From assembly GCA_013239625.1 (NCBI GenBank), contig MU054391.1, positions 3,687,130-3,751,129 on the forward strand: a stretch of 64,000 bases of DNA, given 5' to 3'. Each line of letters starts with the position of its first letter. The first letter of the stretch is position 1. The notes below the pieces were generated by a model. The model searched no databases and was not told the DNA's origin. It saw only the letters and a program-made list of their open reading frames with translations. Source of the DNA: Lama guanicoe. Taxonomy: Eukaryota. A program made the position numbers and the translations under genes. Positions 37,920 to 50,920 of the stretch are shown here, piece by piece.

Positions 37920-38008
37920 GGGGGTGGGTCTAGCTCAGTGGTAGAGCACATGCTCAGCACGCATGAAGCCCTGGGTGCACTCCCCAGTACCTCCACTAAA
38001 GAAAAAAA
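37920..38008 (+). mobile_element. tRNA-derived SINE (vic-1-like)
   Basis: tagctcagtggtagagcacatgctcagcacgcatgaagccctggg...ccccagtacctcc plus A tail. Confidence 0.8.
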
Positions 38009-38254
38009 TCACCATATCTCACCCCGAACCCCCCTTAGCGCCACGCCTGACTAGAGCGACCTCTGTCCCTTCTCTCTTGACGTTTGTGCTGCAACGACGT
38101 TTCCTAGAACTTCTCCCCACAAGCTGCTACTGAGGAGCCAGGAGACCCCTGTGTGTGTATCTGTGAAGTTGGAGCTGGGTATTTTTGGGAGGGAAATCTC
38201 ATTGCTCCTTACATCACAACTCAGATGTCCCTTTACTCAAACACTGTTTGTGCT

Positions 38255-38478
38255 GAACTGACCTGTCTCAGTCAGCTCGGGCAGCCGTCTGTCTTCAAAC
38301 GTACCCTCTGTAGGAAGACACCGGTCACATGGGGTTAGGGCCCACTCGGCTCCGGCGTGACTTCATCTGAACTCGTTACACCCGCAATGACCCTATTTCC
38401 AAAAAGTCATGTGGGGAGGTGGTAGAGATTAGAACTTCAACACACGAACCTGGGGGACACCATTCAACACCCCCAGCA
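38255..38478 (-). mobile_element. MaLR (MLT1-like) LTR fragment
   Basis: ttagggcccac...tgacttcatc...gaccctatttccaaaaagtca...ggggacaccattcaac. Confidence 0.6.
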
Positions 38479-39351
38479 GTGCTGTTGTTGACTGACGGCA
38501 AGGACGGATTTCCTCCTTCGCTTGCCCTTTCTTTCCTGAACTTTCGTTTTTCTTCCTTAAGCTGTTATGCCTTTTTTCCTTAAACAACTTAACTGTGGTG
38601 TGATTTGTGTACAGTAAACTACTTATATTTCAGACGCACAATTTGATGGTTATATGCTTTGCTATTTCGGCTACATATTTTATTGGATAGTGAGGTAGGT
38701 TTGCTTTTTTGCATTTTCTCTCCTGGTGTCCTGAGAAAATATCTTGAGCTTTGCAATTTTTCTAGCTCCAGGAGTGTTTGCGGAGCAGAAGGCAGTCTCC
38801 CTGAATTTCTGTCTTACGTGAAGAGCTTATTTGGGACATCTAGCTGGGAGAGAAAGACAGGCAGCCTTTGAAGGAAGGGAGGTGGGAGGTGGACAGAGGA
38901 AGGTTTCCTGAGAAGCCCTGAGAGTGGCAGGGACTTGGCATAGCCCTGGGACATGCAGAAGCTCTCAGCTTCTCAGCCCCCTTTGGAAGCTGCATCCCTG
39001 CATCCCTGAAAGAGAAACTGAGCATGGCTGCTTGAAAGGGATGGCGTGCCTGGAGGAGGAGACTGCCGGCGGACCAGGCGATGGGCTAAGAATCACAGGT
39101 GACATCCCACTTCCCAGCACTGCAAAGTCCCCCAGATTCTCGCGTGTCTCTGGGGAGAGGCAATCAGAAAAATAACCCACATTTAATCTTTTTTTTTTTT
39201 AATACTCAACTTGCTTCTTCCATTTTTTCTTTTGCTCTAATTCTCTTTATATAGTTTTAGTGTTTGCTCCGAAGGTTGTAGTATGTAGAATTACATTTTT
39301 ATTTTCAACACATTTGGGAAATTTGAAATCACTGCTTCTTCAAATTTTCAT

Positions 39352-39446
39352 CTTTTTAAACAGAGGTACTGGGGGTTGAACTCAGGACCTCGTGCATGCC
39401 TTGTGCATGCTAAGCATGCACTCTACCACTGAGCTCTACGCCCCCC
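39352..39446 (-). mobile_element. tRNA-derived SINE (vic-1-like) with small internal duplication
   Basis: Reverse complement of the same consensus; gtgcatgc repeated at about 39392-39410. Confidence 0.8.
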
Positions 39447-41699
39447 TACAAAAGCTGGCATTTAATTTAAGTTAATTTTAAAAGTTAAAGAAATGTGAAT
39501 TTTCTGTGCATTCAGAATGTCCGGTTACAAATTCATACAAATTCCATTGTCTAAAGAGTTTTAATTTTAAGCCACGAGTGTGAATTGAGAGCTTCCCTCA
39601 ATTTTGTGTCTAGAGAAGGAACTTCAGAGTGGATTCCCACTTCTCCAGCCTCGGGACCACTTACTGCGGCAGCACTGATGCCCTGGCCCATAACCATCTA
39701 GCACAGAGTTTCGCCCTTAGTAGGTAATTAAAAAGACGCTCGTTCAGAAAGTGAACGATGCCACATGTCCATGGGCACAAACACTCAGGAACAATGGGTA
39801 GCTTTTAAATGAACCTGACAGGACAAACCACTGGGTGAGATGGTTGAGAGCCATGACCTGCGCAGAGGGCTGGACTGAACACCAACCAGTGATGGGTTGG
39901 ATGTGACCTTGAGAGACACAGGCAGCTTACTGGAGAAGACCAGGAAGGTTGCCTGGTGGCCCAGCCCAGAGCAGATGATTCCAGTCTTTATTTATTGAGC
40001 ACCAAGTGTGCTCAAGGCCTTACGGGAAATTCCATACAGTTACATCACTGCTCTTCTACAGAACCTATGACCTAATAATCAGACAGTAAATATCCAAAAT
40101 ACGAAGTGTAACATGCCACCATCAGCGTGGAGGCACACTATTGCACAACCTCAGAGATCTGGAAATGGGGAAAGCAGCGATGGGTTAGGAGGACTTCACA
40201 GAGCACAGAGCGACGTCGTGCAGCCTGCCGCGAACTGGACTATCGGCGATGAGGTCTTCTTTCCCCATCTCTCCCACAACAATCGTATTAACAAAAACAA
40301 ACATAGGAATGAAGTCACACGCGCGTCACTGCATAAGCACTCACAGGTCTCAGTGCCACAGCTGGGCAAGAGGTGAGGCGTTGGTTTTGTACCTCAGCCC
40401 TCTCCCTGCCGGCCCCCGATCCTCCGCCCCAGCCGCTGGCTTCAAACCTGTGCCCCTGCTCACCGCAGAAACGCCCGCATCGTCTTCCCTGTGTGCTTCC
40501 TGCCGTCCATCCCTCATTCATTTAGCCCTTCATTCATAGGCAGCATCACACCAGTACTTCCCTGGCGTCCCGACCACTGCAGAGGAGGGAGGCGAGAGTA
40601 TATTTGCTGCAAAGCTCAGGCCTTTACTCGGAACCATTTTCATCTTCCAGTGAGAGGCTGAGCAACGCAGTGCTGTGAGAGTTTTTCCTGTAGTGCCTTT
40701 TTCTTGAACGATGACATTTGCACAAAGAATTTGACAGAGACATCAGAATTCGTATCTAGGGAGGGGAAATATTTACCAGAATAGCTTCTCAATGTGGATG
40801 AGACAGATTTATGTTTTTTTTTAATATGTGTATGTAGTGGGGAAAGACAAATTATACAGATTGCCAGAATAGTTAAGAATCTTCTAGTTTAACTGGGGGA
40901 AAATGAAACAAATAAGAGCCCAGACTATGGAGTCCTTACAACTTTGCAGTTATTTTGAGATGGCTTTATGTATATTTGCCTATTTAATCCCTAACAAGCT
41001 CTCTCTGACCATCTGCATTTTTCATATAAGAAAATGGAAGCACAGGGAAGTTCAGTAACTTGTTGAAGGTCACTGGGCTGGTAGGTGACGGCACTAGAAT
41101 TCAGGGCAGACAGTGCGGAGGGCTTGGTGTTGAGGAGGAAAGATATGATGTTGGGTTTTCCCACACTTTTGAAGAAAAGAGTCTGTCCATTAAAGGAGGC
41201 ATTCTTTCATACATACCAATAGGTTTTGTTCAGCTGTGCCTGCCGGAGACATATAATTTAACACTTGTTTAACTTCCAGCTCCCAGAAGGAGTGGCCAAA
41301 ATAACTCTTACAGGAAAATTCCACCTTCAAAGATCTTTGACTCTAACAAGCTAGAAACCCTAAGAATAGGAAGTATCTGGGTGTGCCTGGATCTCGGGAA
41401 TCCACAGAACAGAGGGATCAGACAAGTCGCCTCCTCGCTTCCATCCGTCAAAGCCATCAGGTAGGCAGTGGGATGGAGAGGCAGTTCACGTGACGCTGGC
41501 GAGGAAGGGCCCTCAGCCTTCATCACCAGGTCCTCACACGGCAGGGCATCCAGCGGAGGTTCCGGGAAGCCCGCCTCCCCCGCCCCCAACGCCTGGTCCG
41601 TGGCTGGAGTGAGCCCTGGCCCCGCTGGCCCAGCCCAGGGCGCCCTCCATCCGCGCGCTGGCTAAGCGTGCTCTGGGGTCACCGTTTCGTCCCCAGCTT

Positions 41700-42600
41700 G
41701 CTGCGCTTTTAGCCGCAGAGTGTTGGCATCAGGGACCGTCTCCTGGCCACCACGCGACGAGGCACCTCGTGCTCCGCTGCGCGGCGTGAGGTCCGGGTGG
41801 CCCCGGGTGAGCGGGCGTCTCGGCGGGCCTGCGCGGCCGAGGGCGGGCGGCAGGGGGCGCTGCGCTCGGGCCGCGCCTCAGCGCCCCGCGTCTTTGTGCC
41901 GCTCGGCGCCGCCGCCCACTCTCCCCCCGCAGGCGGTGCGCCCCGGCTGGAGGGCGGCCGGGAATCGAGGGCGGCGCCGGGCGGGGCGGCGCGGGCGGCG
42001 GACGCGCGGCGCGGACCCCCGGCCGGCACAGCGGACCTCGGCGCCGCGCTCGGAGCCCCGCCCGCGGCGAGCAGCAGCGGCGGCCCCCGGGCCCCGGCCG
42101 CGCGGGACCAGGTGGGTGGCGCGCGCCCCTTTGTGTCGGCCTCCCCGGAGCCGGGCGCGGCCGAGGCACCCGAGGGGGGTGGGGTCGGGCGGGGGCGGCG
42201 GCGGGGTCCGGCCGAGGTCGCCGCGCTGGCCCTGCGCCTCGGTGGCTCCGGTGCCGCGGCCCCTTGGGGATCCGGAGCCCGCTTCCGCGGCCCCAGGGGT
42301 CCGCAGCGCCGCGTCCCTGCGCTCCAGCCGGTAGGGTGGCCGGGGGCGGCTCCGGGTTGGGGGCCGTGTGACCGTCGCGGTGGACGTTGTCTGGCAAGGG
42401 CGACCCGCCGGGCCGCGGGGAGGCGGGGGGAAGGTCAGCCCGGCCGGGTGGGCCGCTGCCCCAGGTCCTCTGCGATGCACATCCCAGCGCCCAGTGACGA
42501 CTGCGACCGCCCGCCTCCCTCCGTCCACGCCTGCCCCTCCCGAGGGGCGCGCCGAAAGTTCCTTGCGGGTCTCCTCAACCCATCTTCCAGCAGTGGCTCC
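41700..42600 (+). promoter_or_regulatory. RNF144A: CpG island: probable RNF144A promoter and non-coding exon 1 (candidate donor CCG|gtaggg at 42330/42331)
   Basis: Extreme GC/CpG density; the gene name rests only on conserved CMPK2-RSAD2-RNF144A synteny; no RNF144A coding sequence recognised in the window. Confidence 0.65.
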
Positions 42601-45600
42601 CCGGCTCCTGGGCACCATCCTGGGAGCCCGGCTCTAATGGTTCAGGCAAGCCTGGAGGCTCGGGGTCACGGGGAGGAAAGCGTTACTTAACTGCACCCTG
42701 AGAATCTCCCTAGACAGAGCTCAAGGTGGTCTCTCCAAAGTTCTTTCTCCCTGCCCTTTGCCCGGTGCATACTACTACTAAAAAGCCCCCTCAGCGGATA
42801 TCCCAAGCTTGCTTTGTGCCAGGCCTACGGCCGCAGGCCGGGTAAGGGAGAGAGTTAAATAAGGCCCCAGGGGGTGTTCCGGTGGCTCCTGCCCTGGAAG
42901 TGGAGGGGAGCCTGGTCCCTGCGCCGAAAACCGACCCCACACCTAGTTCTGAACAGCTGTGGGCAGGAAGCCCTGTCCTAGGAGTGGGGCCTGGGGATCC
43001 AACAAGGACACATTCCAGTGAATCTGGCTGGAGGGGCAGCCCGCAGATGAGCTGTGCTGACAAGTAAAGTGTGAGGCTGAAAGTGAGGCGGTCCAGAGCC
43101 TTGGAGCTGCGGGAGCTCCCCGGCGGGAGAGGCCAGAGAGGAGAGGCGGGTGTGTGAGGAGGGATGTTGAGTCAAAGCTTGCAGGTGGCGCAGGCGCAGG
43201 GTGGCAGGAAGGGCCCAGGCCAGAGGGAGCAGCGGGGCAGAGGGAGGGGGAGGGGACACGAGGGGCCTGCTCTGAGCTTTCCCACGGGCCTGCAGCCCAC
43301 GTGCTCCAGTGACTGTGCGCCTGCCCTGGTCCGGAGAATGGGGACCTGGTATTCTGCAGTTTCCTGGCAACTTTTCGATTTTTGTTTTCATTATTTTGTA
43401 AAGAGTGCAAACGAATTATGACTAGAACGATCAGGTGAGGGTCGATCTTGAAAATTGGAATTCCAGGCCGACTTAGGTCTTGATCCTGTGGCAGTGGGAG
43501 CTGTTGATGGTTTTGGAGGAAGAAAGTGAGCTGGGCCCTGCTTTAGAGTGATGAAGGCTGCGTTGAGGGGTTCCAGTGTGAGGTGTGTGGTCTTCAGCCC
43601 CCAGCAGGGGCTCCCACCTGGACCCCTTATCTGAGGCCTGGAGAACCTCAGAAAAAACACGATGCAAATGACCTAATTTTAACGGAAGGGGAGTTTTCTA
43701 GATCCAGCAAATTGGAGTTTGAAAGTTTGTTTGAAGAAACTCTGGTTCAAATGTCACTGCCCGGATGGCACTGATAGGGGAAGGGGAACCTATGAGGGTG
43801 AACTCAGGTGCTGGGGGCGGAGCTTCAGCCAGGGGATGAATCGTGCAGACGCCCTGCGCCATGCAGTTGGGGGTCTGAAGACCACAAGAGCGCTTTCACA
43901 TCCGCGTTTTACAGAAGTGTTCCAGTGCCCTCGGCTTGATCGTGTGTAGTTGCTGCCCCCACCTCTTTACTTGAGCTCAGGGCTTGTCGCGGGGACTCAG
44001 TGTGCTTTGGGACTTGGAAGGGACCTCACACCCTTCAGCTGAAGCTGCTGGCGTCCAGCGCTTGAACGTGCCCAGAGCCACACAGCGGCAGGGCCTGGAG
44101 CTAGGAGGCACGTGGCCTGTTTTTTCCACTGTGGTTCATAATTTGGCCCCACTGCCTTTTGTTCAAATTTCCCTTCCCTCTTGGGAGCCTTTCCCTTTGG
44201 TACAGAGACAGGAGGAGGTCTGCCCGTCTGTCACGTAGGCTGAGAGCCACAGAGCTGGATGGCATCACGGATCCCTAGCCCAGCCTGCCCATTGGGACTA
44301 TGAGGACACTGGGACATTGTAGACTCGAAGGGGAGGGTCCGGGATCCCAGCCACACAGAAGGCTGTGGCATCAGCTCTCTGGACGGTCTGCTGTTCTCTT
44401 GCTCCAAACTTGAACTCGGGAGGATGGAGATGGGTCAGCTGCCCTGGGGATCGGTGATGTGCGGAGGCCTCAAACTCTTCCAGGGCATGTGGCCCAGCAA
44501 GGACCTCCCTTGGACCCCTGGGCTGTGGAATAGCAGCCGCAGCTGAGGGGCTGTGAATAGAATGAAGTGCCTCTGAGGGAGATGGACCTCCCCGTGTTCA
44601 CTTGGGTAGTTTCCTGCCTGGGAGATCCGAGAACTAAGTTGAAGGCTCTTCTCTTTCCTTTAAGACTAAAAAAGTCATTTGAGGTAATCATTTCTGGAGC
44701 CAGTCTCCTCTCTCCTTGGTTTCTGCATTATGGACACACATGAATACCTTTTCTTAATTAGATGGAGAAAGTAGATTGAAGCAACTGTCCCCAGACCTGC
44801 TGGGGACTTGGGCGGGAGGACAGAGCTTGTGCAGCTCTCTGACCCAGCTCTGTGACCTTGGGCAAGTGTCCTGACCTCCTTACGTGGCCCCAGTTCCTTC
44901 AACAGCGAAACTAAGGTGTTGGCCTAAGTGGTTTCCAAGATCCAGAAAGAAAAATGTGCTGCTTTAAAGGTCTTTTCCAGGAAAATCAATACTGCAGGGC
45001 TGCTCACCAGTGCAACCATTTTTAAGGCTATTTGCAAGAAGAATTTTTTTTTTTTAATTTTCACAATGGCTTTCTTCAAAGATGATGAGAGATGAGGCTT
45101 TGAAAAGGGCGGTTCCTGGGTGATAAAAGCTGCATCTTCCTTCTTTCTTGGAATATAAAGCCTGAGCTGGATTGTGTTTCCTGAATGGCCCACAGACGCA
45201 GAGAGCAGGGCTTCCTCTAAGCTGACAAGCTGGCTGCAGTGTTACAAAGAATAAGTTCCTGGATGGCATAGGAAGCGTGCCAGCCTGTGTGTTTATTGTA
45301 GTCTCCCGGACTTCGGCTCTGGGGAGCCAGGAAGCAATGGGTGCCCAGGTAGCGTTTCCCATCACCAGGTGCCGGGAGGAAGTGCTGTGCATGCTACGGA
45401 GGACCCAGTTCTCATGCAGCCCCCAGGACAGGCGTCGGTACTGTCCCCGACCTACAGAGGAGGAGAGGAAGAGCAGTTACGGTGTCCAAGGCCCGGCACG
45501 TGGCACATGTTGAAGCTGCCGGGGACCCAGAATCCTGTGGAAAAGGAGATATTCTGTGACCTGGAGGAGGCTACGGTCTTGGGGGCTAAAGTCACAAATT

Positions 45601-48600
45601 GTTCTAGCACTGGGGCTGGTGTGCGCCATGCAGCGGGGCATGGCGAGGAGCCTGCCCGCGGGATCCGGTGATGCCGGACTGGGACTTGAAGGATGTGTCC
45701 CAGTTATCCAGGCAAATTAGACAGTCAGGGTCAAATTCGGGACCTGGGAACTGACAGCCAGCACTGTGGGTCTGGGCCAGGCCTGCCCCTGTTGTGTTGG
45801 AGGGTGGCCCGGCTCTCTCTGAACGCCATTCCAACCCAGCCTCCCAGAGATAGAACGTTGCTTCCATTTCTGGAATCTTCTAGATGGTCCCGCCAACGTG
45901 GTGACTTTCATTCTTGGGTTTTGGGGCCGCTGTCCTAGAAATCTTCCCTCCTTTCCCCTCTCCACCCCTAGTTTGCTTGGTGGAAGAGAGAGGGTTCAGG
46001 GAAGATGAGGAGGAACCCGGCAACCACCACGGTTTTTATGATCCACGATTGCTGTCCTATGACTTCAGGGGCACTGAGCAAGGTTGCCGCGATGCCCTGG
46101 GTGATCGCAGCTGGGTGGCAGGGGGGAGCCTCCGAGCTGAGCTGGAAGTGAGCCCCAGCACGGATGGCAGGGCTCTGTGGGCTGGAACCCGGGCAGACCT
46201 GGCCGGGCAGAAGAGGGTTCCAAACCCAGACGGCAGACACTGACTCTGTCTCTCAGGCTGGTTATTGGTTAAACAGGGCTTTATGTCTGTCCTCGAACGC
46301 CTCCTGCAGCGTGATTTTCCTGAGACATTTGTTGGCTTCCCAAGCGCCAGTTTTCAAGCAGTCCTTTGAAACTGGGCACATTTGATGTTGGGGTGGCAGT
46401 GTTTTAAGGTTATCTGGAGGGAGGCGGGGCTGTGCCCGCCACATCAGAGGAGAAGAGAATGCGTCTGGACTTGCACTGACCCACTAGCCATGCAGGCAGC
46501 CTGTGGCTGTCCCTTTATGTCCTGCCTGCCTCCCGGTCCTGTTACCTGGCCAGCGGCGGGTGGTATATGAGTCCCGTCTGCTTGCGCCCTGTGGTTGGCT
46601 TGTCCGCAGGCTCTCCCGTGTTCCAGAACAGCACCGCTGGCCACCCCCTGCCGCCGCCTCCCTAGTGAGGCTTGCCCACACTTCCTGCAGGAAGGACCTG
46701 CTGGTCAGAGAGACTGTTTTCTCTCCCTGCTTGTGGTTGGGAAGTGTGCAGACCTCGTGTTAGGGACCTCTTCCACCCCAAGTTGAACAGTGTCTTAAGG
46801 AGAATCATGGAGATCTTGTGTATCTTCCCTGGGACACTTTGTGTTGGTCCCAGTGGTGTCTCTCCCCTGCTCGCCACTGACCTCTTGTCATTTCCTGCTG
46901 GGACACCATTGCCTGTAAAGTCACGAGTGTGCCCCCAGCTGAGCTTTCCAGGTTTTTCCTGACTTGGTTCCACCCTGTCTCTCCAGCTCTGATCTCTCTG
47001 CAGCCTCCACACATGAGCCCCAGAACGTTCTCCCACCACCTCCATGTGCCAGGTTCCTAATGATCCTTCCAGACTCGGCACACATGTTGACTTTTTCTTA
47101 AAGCTCTGGGATCATTAACGTGGGAGGGGTGTGGAGGCCAACTTTTCCAGCACTGGCTTCTGACGGATGAGGCAATGCAGGCACGGAGCAGAGAGCACAG
47201 AACTGCAGCCCGAGGGCCCCAGCCGGGCCCCCTCCTGCCGGGCCCCCTCCTTCCAGCCCTGAGCTCTCACCCACGGGCTGGGGATCCTTTCCTCTACCAC
47301 GTGCTTCCACTGCAACTTTTTTTTCAGAATCTATAATTGCACTGAAACCTCTCTAATTTTGACATAACTACGTCATTTCTCATACTAAATTAAAAGCCCT
47401 TCTAGGGGAGGAACTTTTTCGTTCTTTGCATTCCCTTAGTACCTAGCGTGCTCTTTCTGAATGCATTTTTGCCCGAGTGAATCCAAGGTAGAGAAACCTG
47501 GTTCAGAAGGGACCCTGGGGCAGGTTATCAATGAGGAGATGGGATCAGGGTTCGCATTCTGTTCTCCAGCAAGATCTGAGCAAATCCAGGGGTGCTCTCT
47601 CTTTGGGGAGGTCAGGCTACAGAGCTGGTCACCACAGGACTGTGAGCAGAAGTGGATGGGGGTGTTGGCTTGTGTTGGAAGGAAAGACCCCGCACGGGGG
47701 CCTGGCAGCTTGGGGTGTAGTGGGGCGGGCTTGACAGTCTTGGGACCCTGGCGGTGTAGACGGCAGACAGCCCAGGCCCAGAGTCAGGCGGTGGTGAGTC
47801 TTGCGTGGGCTACCTCGGGGGACCCAGTGGCGTCAGCGCTGATGCGGGGGAGGACGAGGCCTGAGAAGTGGGCCTCACCCGGCAGTGCTCGCGGTCCAGC
47901 AGGGAGGCTCTGTGAGGGGATAGTGATGCCCCAGGGCCAGCATGTGCCCATCCAGGTGAGGGAGTGACCGGTGGAGACTGGAGAGAAGCTGGGTAGACAC
48001 TGGAGACGGGGGACAGTGGGGAGGAGGGTGCTCTGTGCTGGCAGAAGGGGGCGAACATTTGGGCCCAGAGGATCTGTTCTCGAGGGTGCCGGGGAGCCAG
48101 GGCTGGTCGTTAGACCCCGTCTGCCTTTCGAGTTTGGCTCTTTCTCGTGAAAGACAGAGGTGTTCCAGGTAAGGAGGTGGTCGGAGGTCCTGGAAGGAGC
48201 GTTTGCCAGGGGCACGCAGAGGGGGCCATTGATCGCCAAGGGAGCACAGCCGCCGCTGGAGGTGCTCTGAGCAGCGTGAGGGCTAGTCCCTGGTGGTGAG
48301 CGAGCTCTGCCTCGGGGTGTCTGTCTTGACTGCCTGACCCCCTCCTCTGGCCCACGGTGCCAGCGCACATTCAGAAGCGTCTCGCGGGCCGTGTGTTCCA
48401 GGAGCAGCTTTGCTCTGGGAAGCGCACAGGCTTGCAGGGCCCTTGGGAGGCTGGCCGTTGGCTGTGCCGTGGAGAAGGAAGAGAAACAAAACAGTCCCAT
48501 AAACTAACTTTTCCTGACAGCCCGACTGCCGCTCAGCACTTACAGCGTGAGGACGACGGGATGGGAAGGGCTGGGAAGACCTGCAGAGCGGGCGCCTCGG

Positions 48601-48959
48601 GGCCCGGACTTGTTGGCAAAACTGCATTTCTTCCTGATCACGTGGCAGGGGCGGGGTGGTCCCCATCCTGGTGTGGCCGAGGCAGAGCCGGCTCTCCCTG
48701 CCGGGGCCACAGTTGGCAGTTTCTTCTTTATGTCTCTGTGAAGCACTGGCCAGGGGCCCTGAGCACTGAGGGTCTGGCTGTAGGAGGCAGAGTGGTGGGT
48801 GGGCTGGATGGAGTAGAAAGAAGAAAAAGCTATCTTTATTCTTTCGGCTCACGGGACCCTAAGGAATTGCCTCTCTTTCAGGGTGTATCTTCCCTCGTCC
48901 CAGTCTTGCTCGCTGACACCCTCCTAACGTCTCTCTTGTCCTCAGGCAGAGGGGCGATG

Positions 48960-49240
48960 CTATACACCCAGGGTTTGCGTCCCTCTGATGTCACGGGGTG
49001 AGCCCTAACCCCGGTGTGATGTTGCTAGGGGGTGGAGGTGACAGGGTGAGATGAGGCCCTGAGGGCGGGGCCCTTGCAGACGGGACTAGTGCCCTCAAAA
49101 AGCAGGCCCCAGGGAGCGCCCTCGCCAGACACCTTGGTCTTAGTCTCCCAGCCTCCAGAGCTGTGAGAGATACATGTTTGTTGTTTATAAGCCCCCCAGT
49201 CTACGAAATTTTTGTTAGGGAAGTCTGGATGGGTTAAGGT
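48960..49240 (+). mobile_element. MaLR (MLT1A-like) LTR fragment
   Basis: gccctaacccc...gggactagtgccctc...cagcctccagagctgtgagagataca...tgtttataagcc. Confidence 0.65.
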
Positions 49241-50639
49241 AGGCAAACGTGGCTCGTCACCAGTCATACGGGGTGAGCTGCTGTGCGGATCACGACGTGG
49301 TCACTCTCAGACTCCCTGATACGGTCACATTCCCAGACACTGGGTGCTGGGAGTTCACAGTTCAGCCCATGACCCGTGTCTCCCAGTGCCACGTGGTGCG
49401 TGTTTGTGTGTGCTAGCATGTTACTGTGTGTCCGGCCAGCAGCAGAATGGCCTCTGTGTCCTCAGTGACGGGGCACAGAAGGCGCAGCGTGGGGGCCTCG
49501 GTTCAGCTGCTCTGTGCTGTTCTCAGACGCCAGGGCCTCCACTGTAGCTGCCCCGTCCTGCGTGAGCGTTGAATTATCTGCTTCTCTTAGCTGCTCTTCT
49601 TTGAAAGGCAAGACTCCATACAGGTTGACGTCCAAACCAATGGGCTTGGGCTCCAGTGCCCTTGGTGTCTTACGGGTGCAGGGCCAGCACACCTGACTCT
49701 CCCATGAATACTTGTGTTTTGGGTGCAGTGAGGGCAGGGAATCACCATCCTGTCTCATTCATTTCTGTACCCTGTCTGGCACATAGTAGGTGCTCAGGAA
49801 ATAGTTATTAAACTTAACGGGCACCCTTTCCCTTCAAAGACATTCGAGTCCAGAAACAATCTCATTCATTCATTCTTCCTTTTGGTTCACTTCATTCATT
49901 CACTTGGCAAAACCTCTTTGGTGCTGGCGGTTCAAGGGCAGATTAAGGAGTAGACAGTGAGGGGGAGGGAGTGGAGAGAGGGCGGGGAGGGGCTGGTGAG
50001 GCTTTTCTAGAACCAGGTAGGTAATATGGTGTTCTGTAATCAACAGGACAGGTGCCAACCACTTAAACTTTTGCAAGTTTATAGTAAAAACTCTTGTGAA
50101 AACAACCCGTGGGGACACGCAGGAATTTCCATCCAGCAACACTGCTTGCTCTTCGTTCCTCCTGCTTGTGAAATAGCTCCAGCTTAAGCTGCCTGCTTTT
50201 TGATATATACTGAGCCCCTGCCCTCGGCCAGGTACTGGGCCCTCGAATGTGCAAGTGTAAGTAAGTCTCAGAAGGAAATGTTTTCAGTTTATCTGTAAAG
50301 CAAGGTGCCCTTCCTGCGGCAGAGTGGCCAGGGGAACAGTCCTTATCTGTTAATACTTTAATCGCTCCTAGGATTCTTCCCCTTTGGCCCAGAGCCACAC
50401 TTCCTGGATAGTGACCTTGTTTTCGCCCGGTCCCCAGCCACGTGCGGCTGGTCCAGCCTTCCTTCCTTGTTTGCTGGCCAAGAGGGCCTCGGGGCAGAGG
50501 CCTTGGGCCGTGTCCTGAGGCCTCACAGGTAAGGCCTCTCTCTCTGGGGCCGAGCACACCTGGGGAGGGCAGGACCTCTTCCCCGTACACCAGTTGCAAA
50601 CCAAATGCAGGCCGGTCGAGGGCGGTGGGGATGGAGGGC

Positions 50640-50920
50640 TGGGCTGTGCGGGCGGTAGCCCCTGACCCCCTGTGGCTGTTGAGCCCTTGAACTGGGGCCA
50701 GTCCCAGGTGAGTGATGCCATGAGTGTGGAAAGCATCTGGTGTCCAAGATCTAGTGTGAAAAGTCGAGTGCATTATTAATTAATAATGTTTAAGTTGATT
50801 ACATGTTGAAGTGATTTCAGTTTGGCTATACTGAGTTAAATAAAATACGTTACAAAATTAACTTCCCTTGCTTCTTTTTCTTTTTTTTTTAATGTGGACA
50901 CCTGAAGATGTAAAATTACA
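50640..50920. mobile_element. MER33/MER3-like DNA transposon relic
   Basis: gattacatgttgaagtga...gagttaaataaaatac...aaaattaacttc...aatgtgg. Confidence 0.55.

Noticed and set aside
41709..42690. 200-300 aa ORFs in the second CpG island as a novel gene or RNF144A CDS
   Set aside because: GC artefacts; no RING/IBR Cys-His pattern; RNF144A coding exons are expected beyond the window
47461..49001. Cluster of 168-238 aa ORFs in the GC-rich downstream region
   Set aside because: No recognisable domains, mostly non-ATG starts, no supporting splice structure
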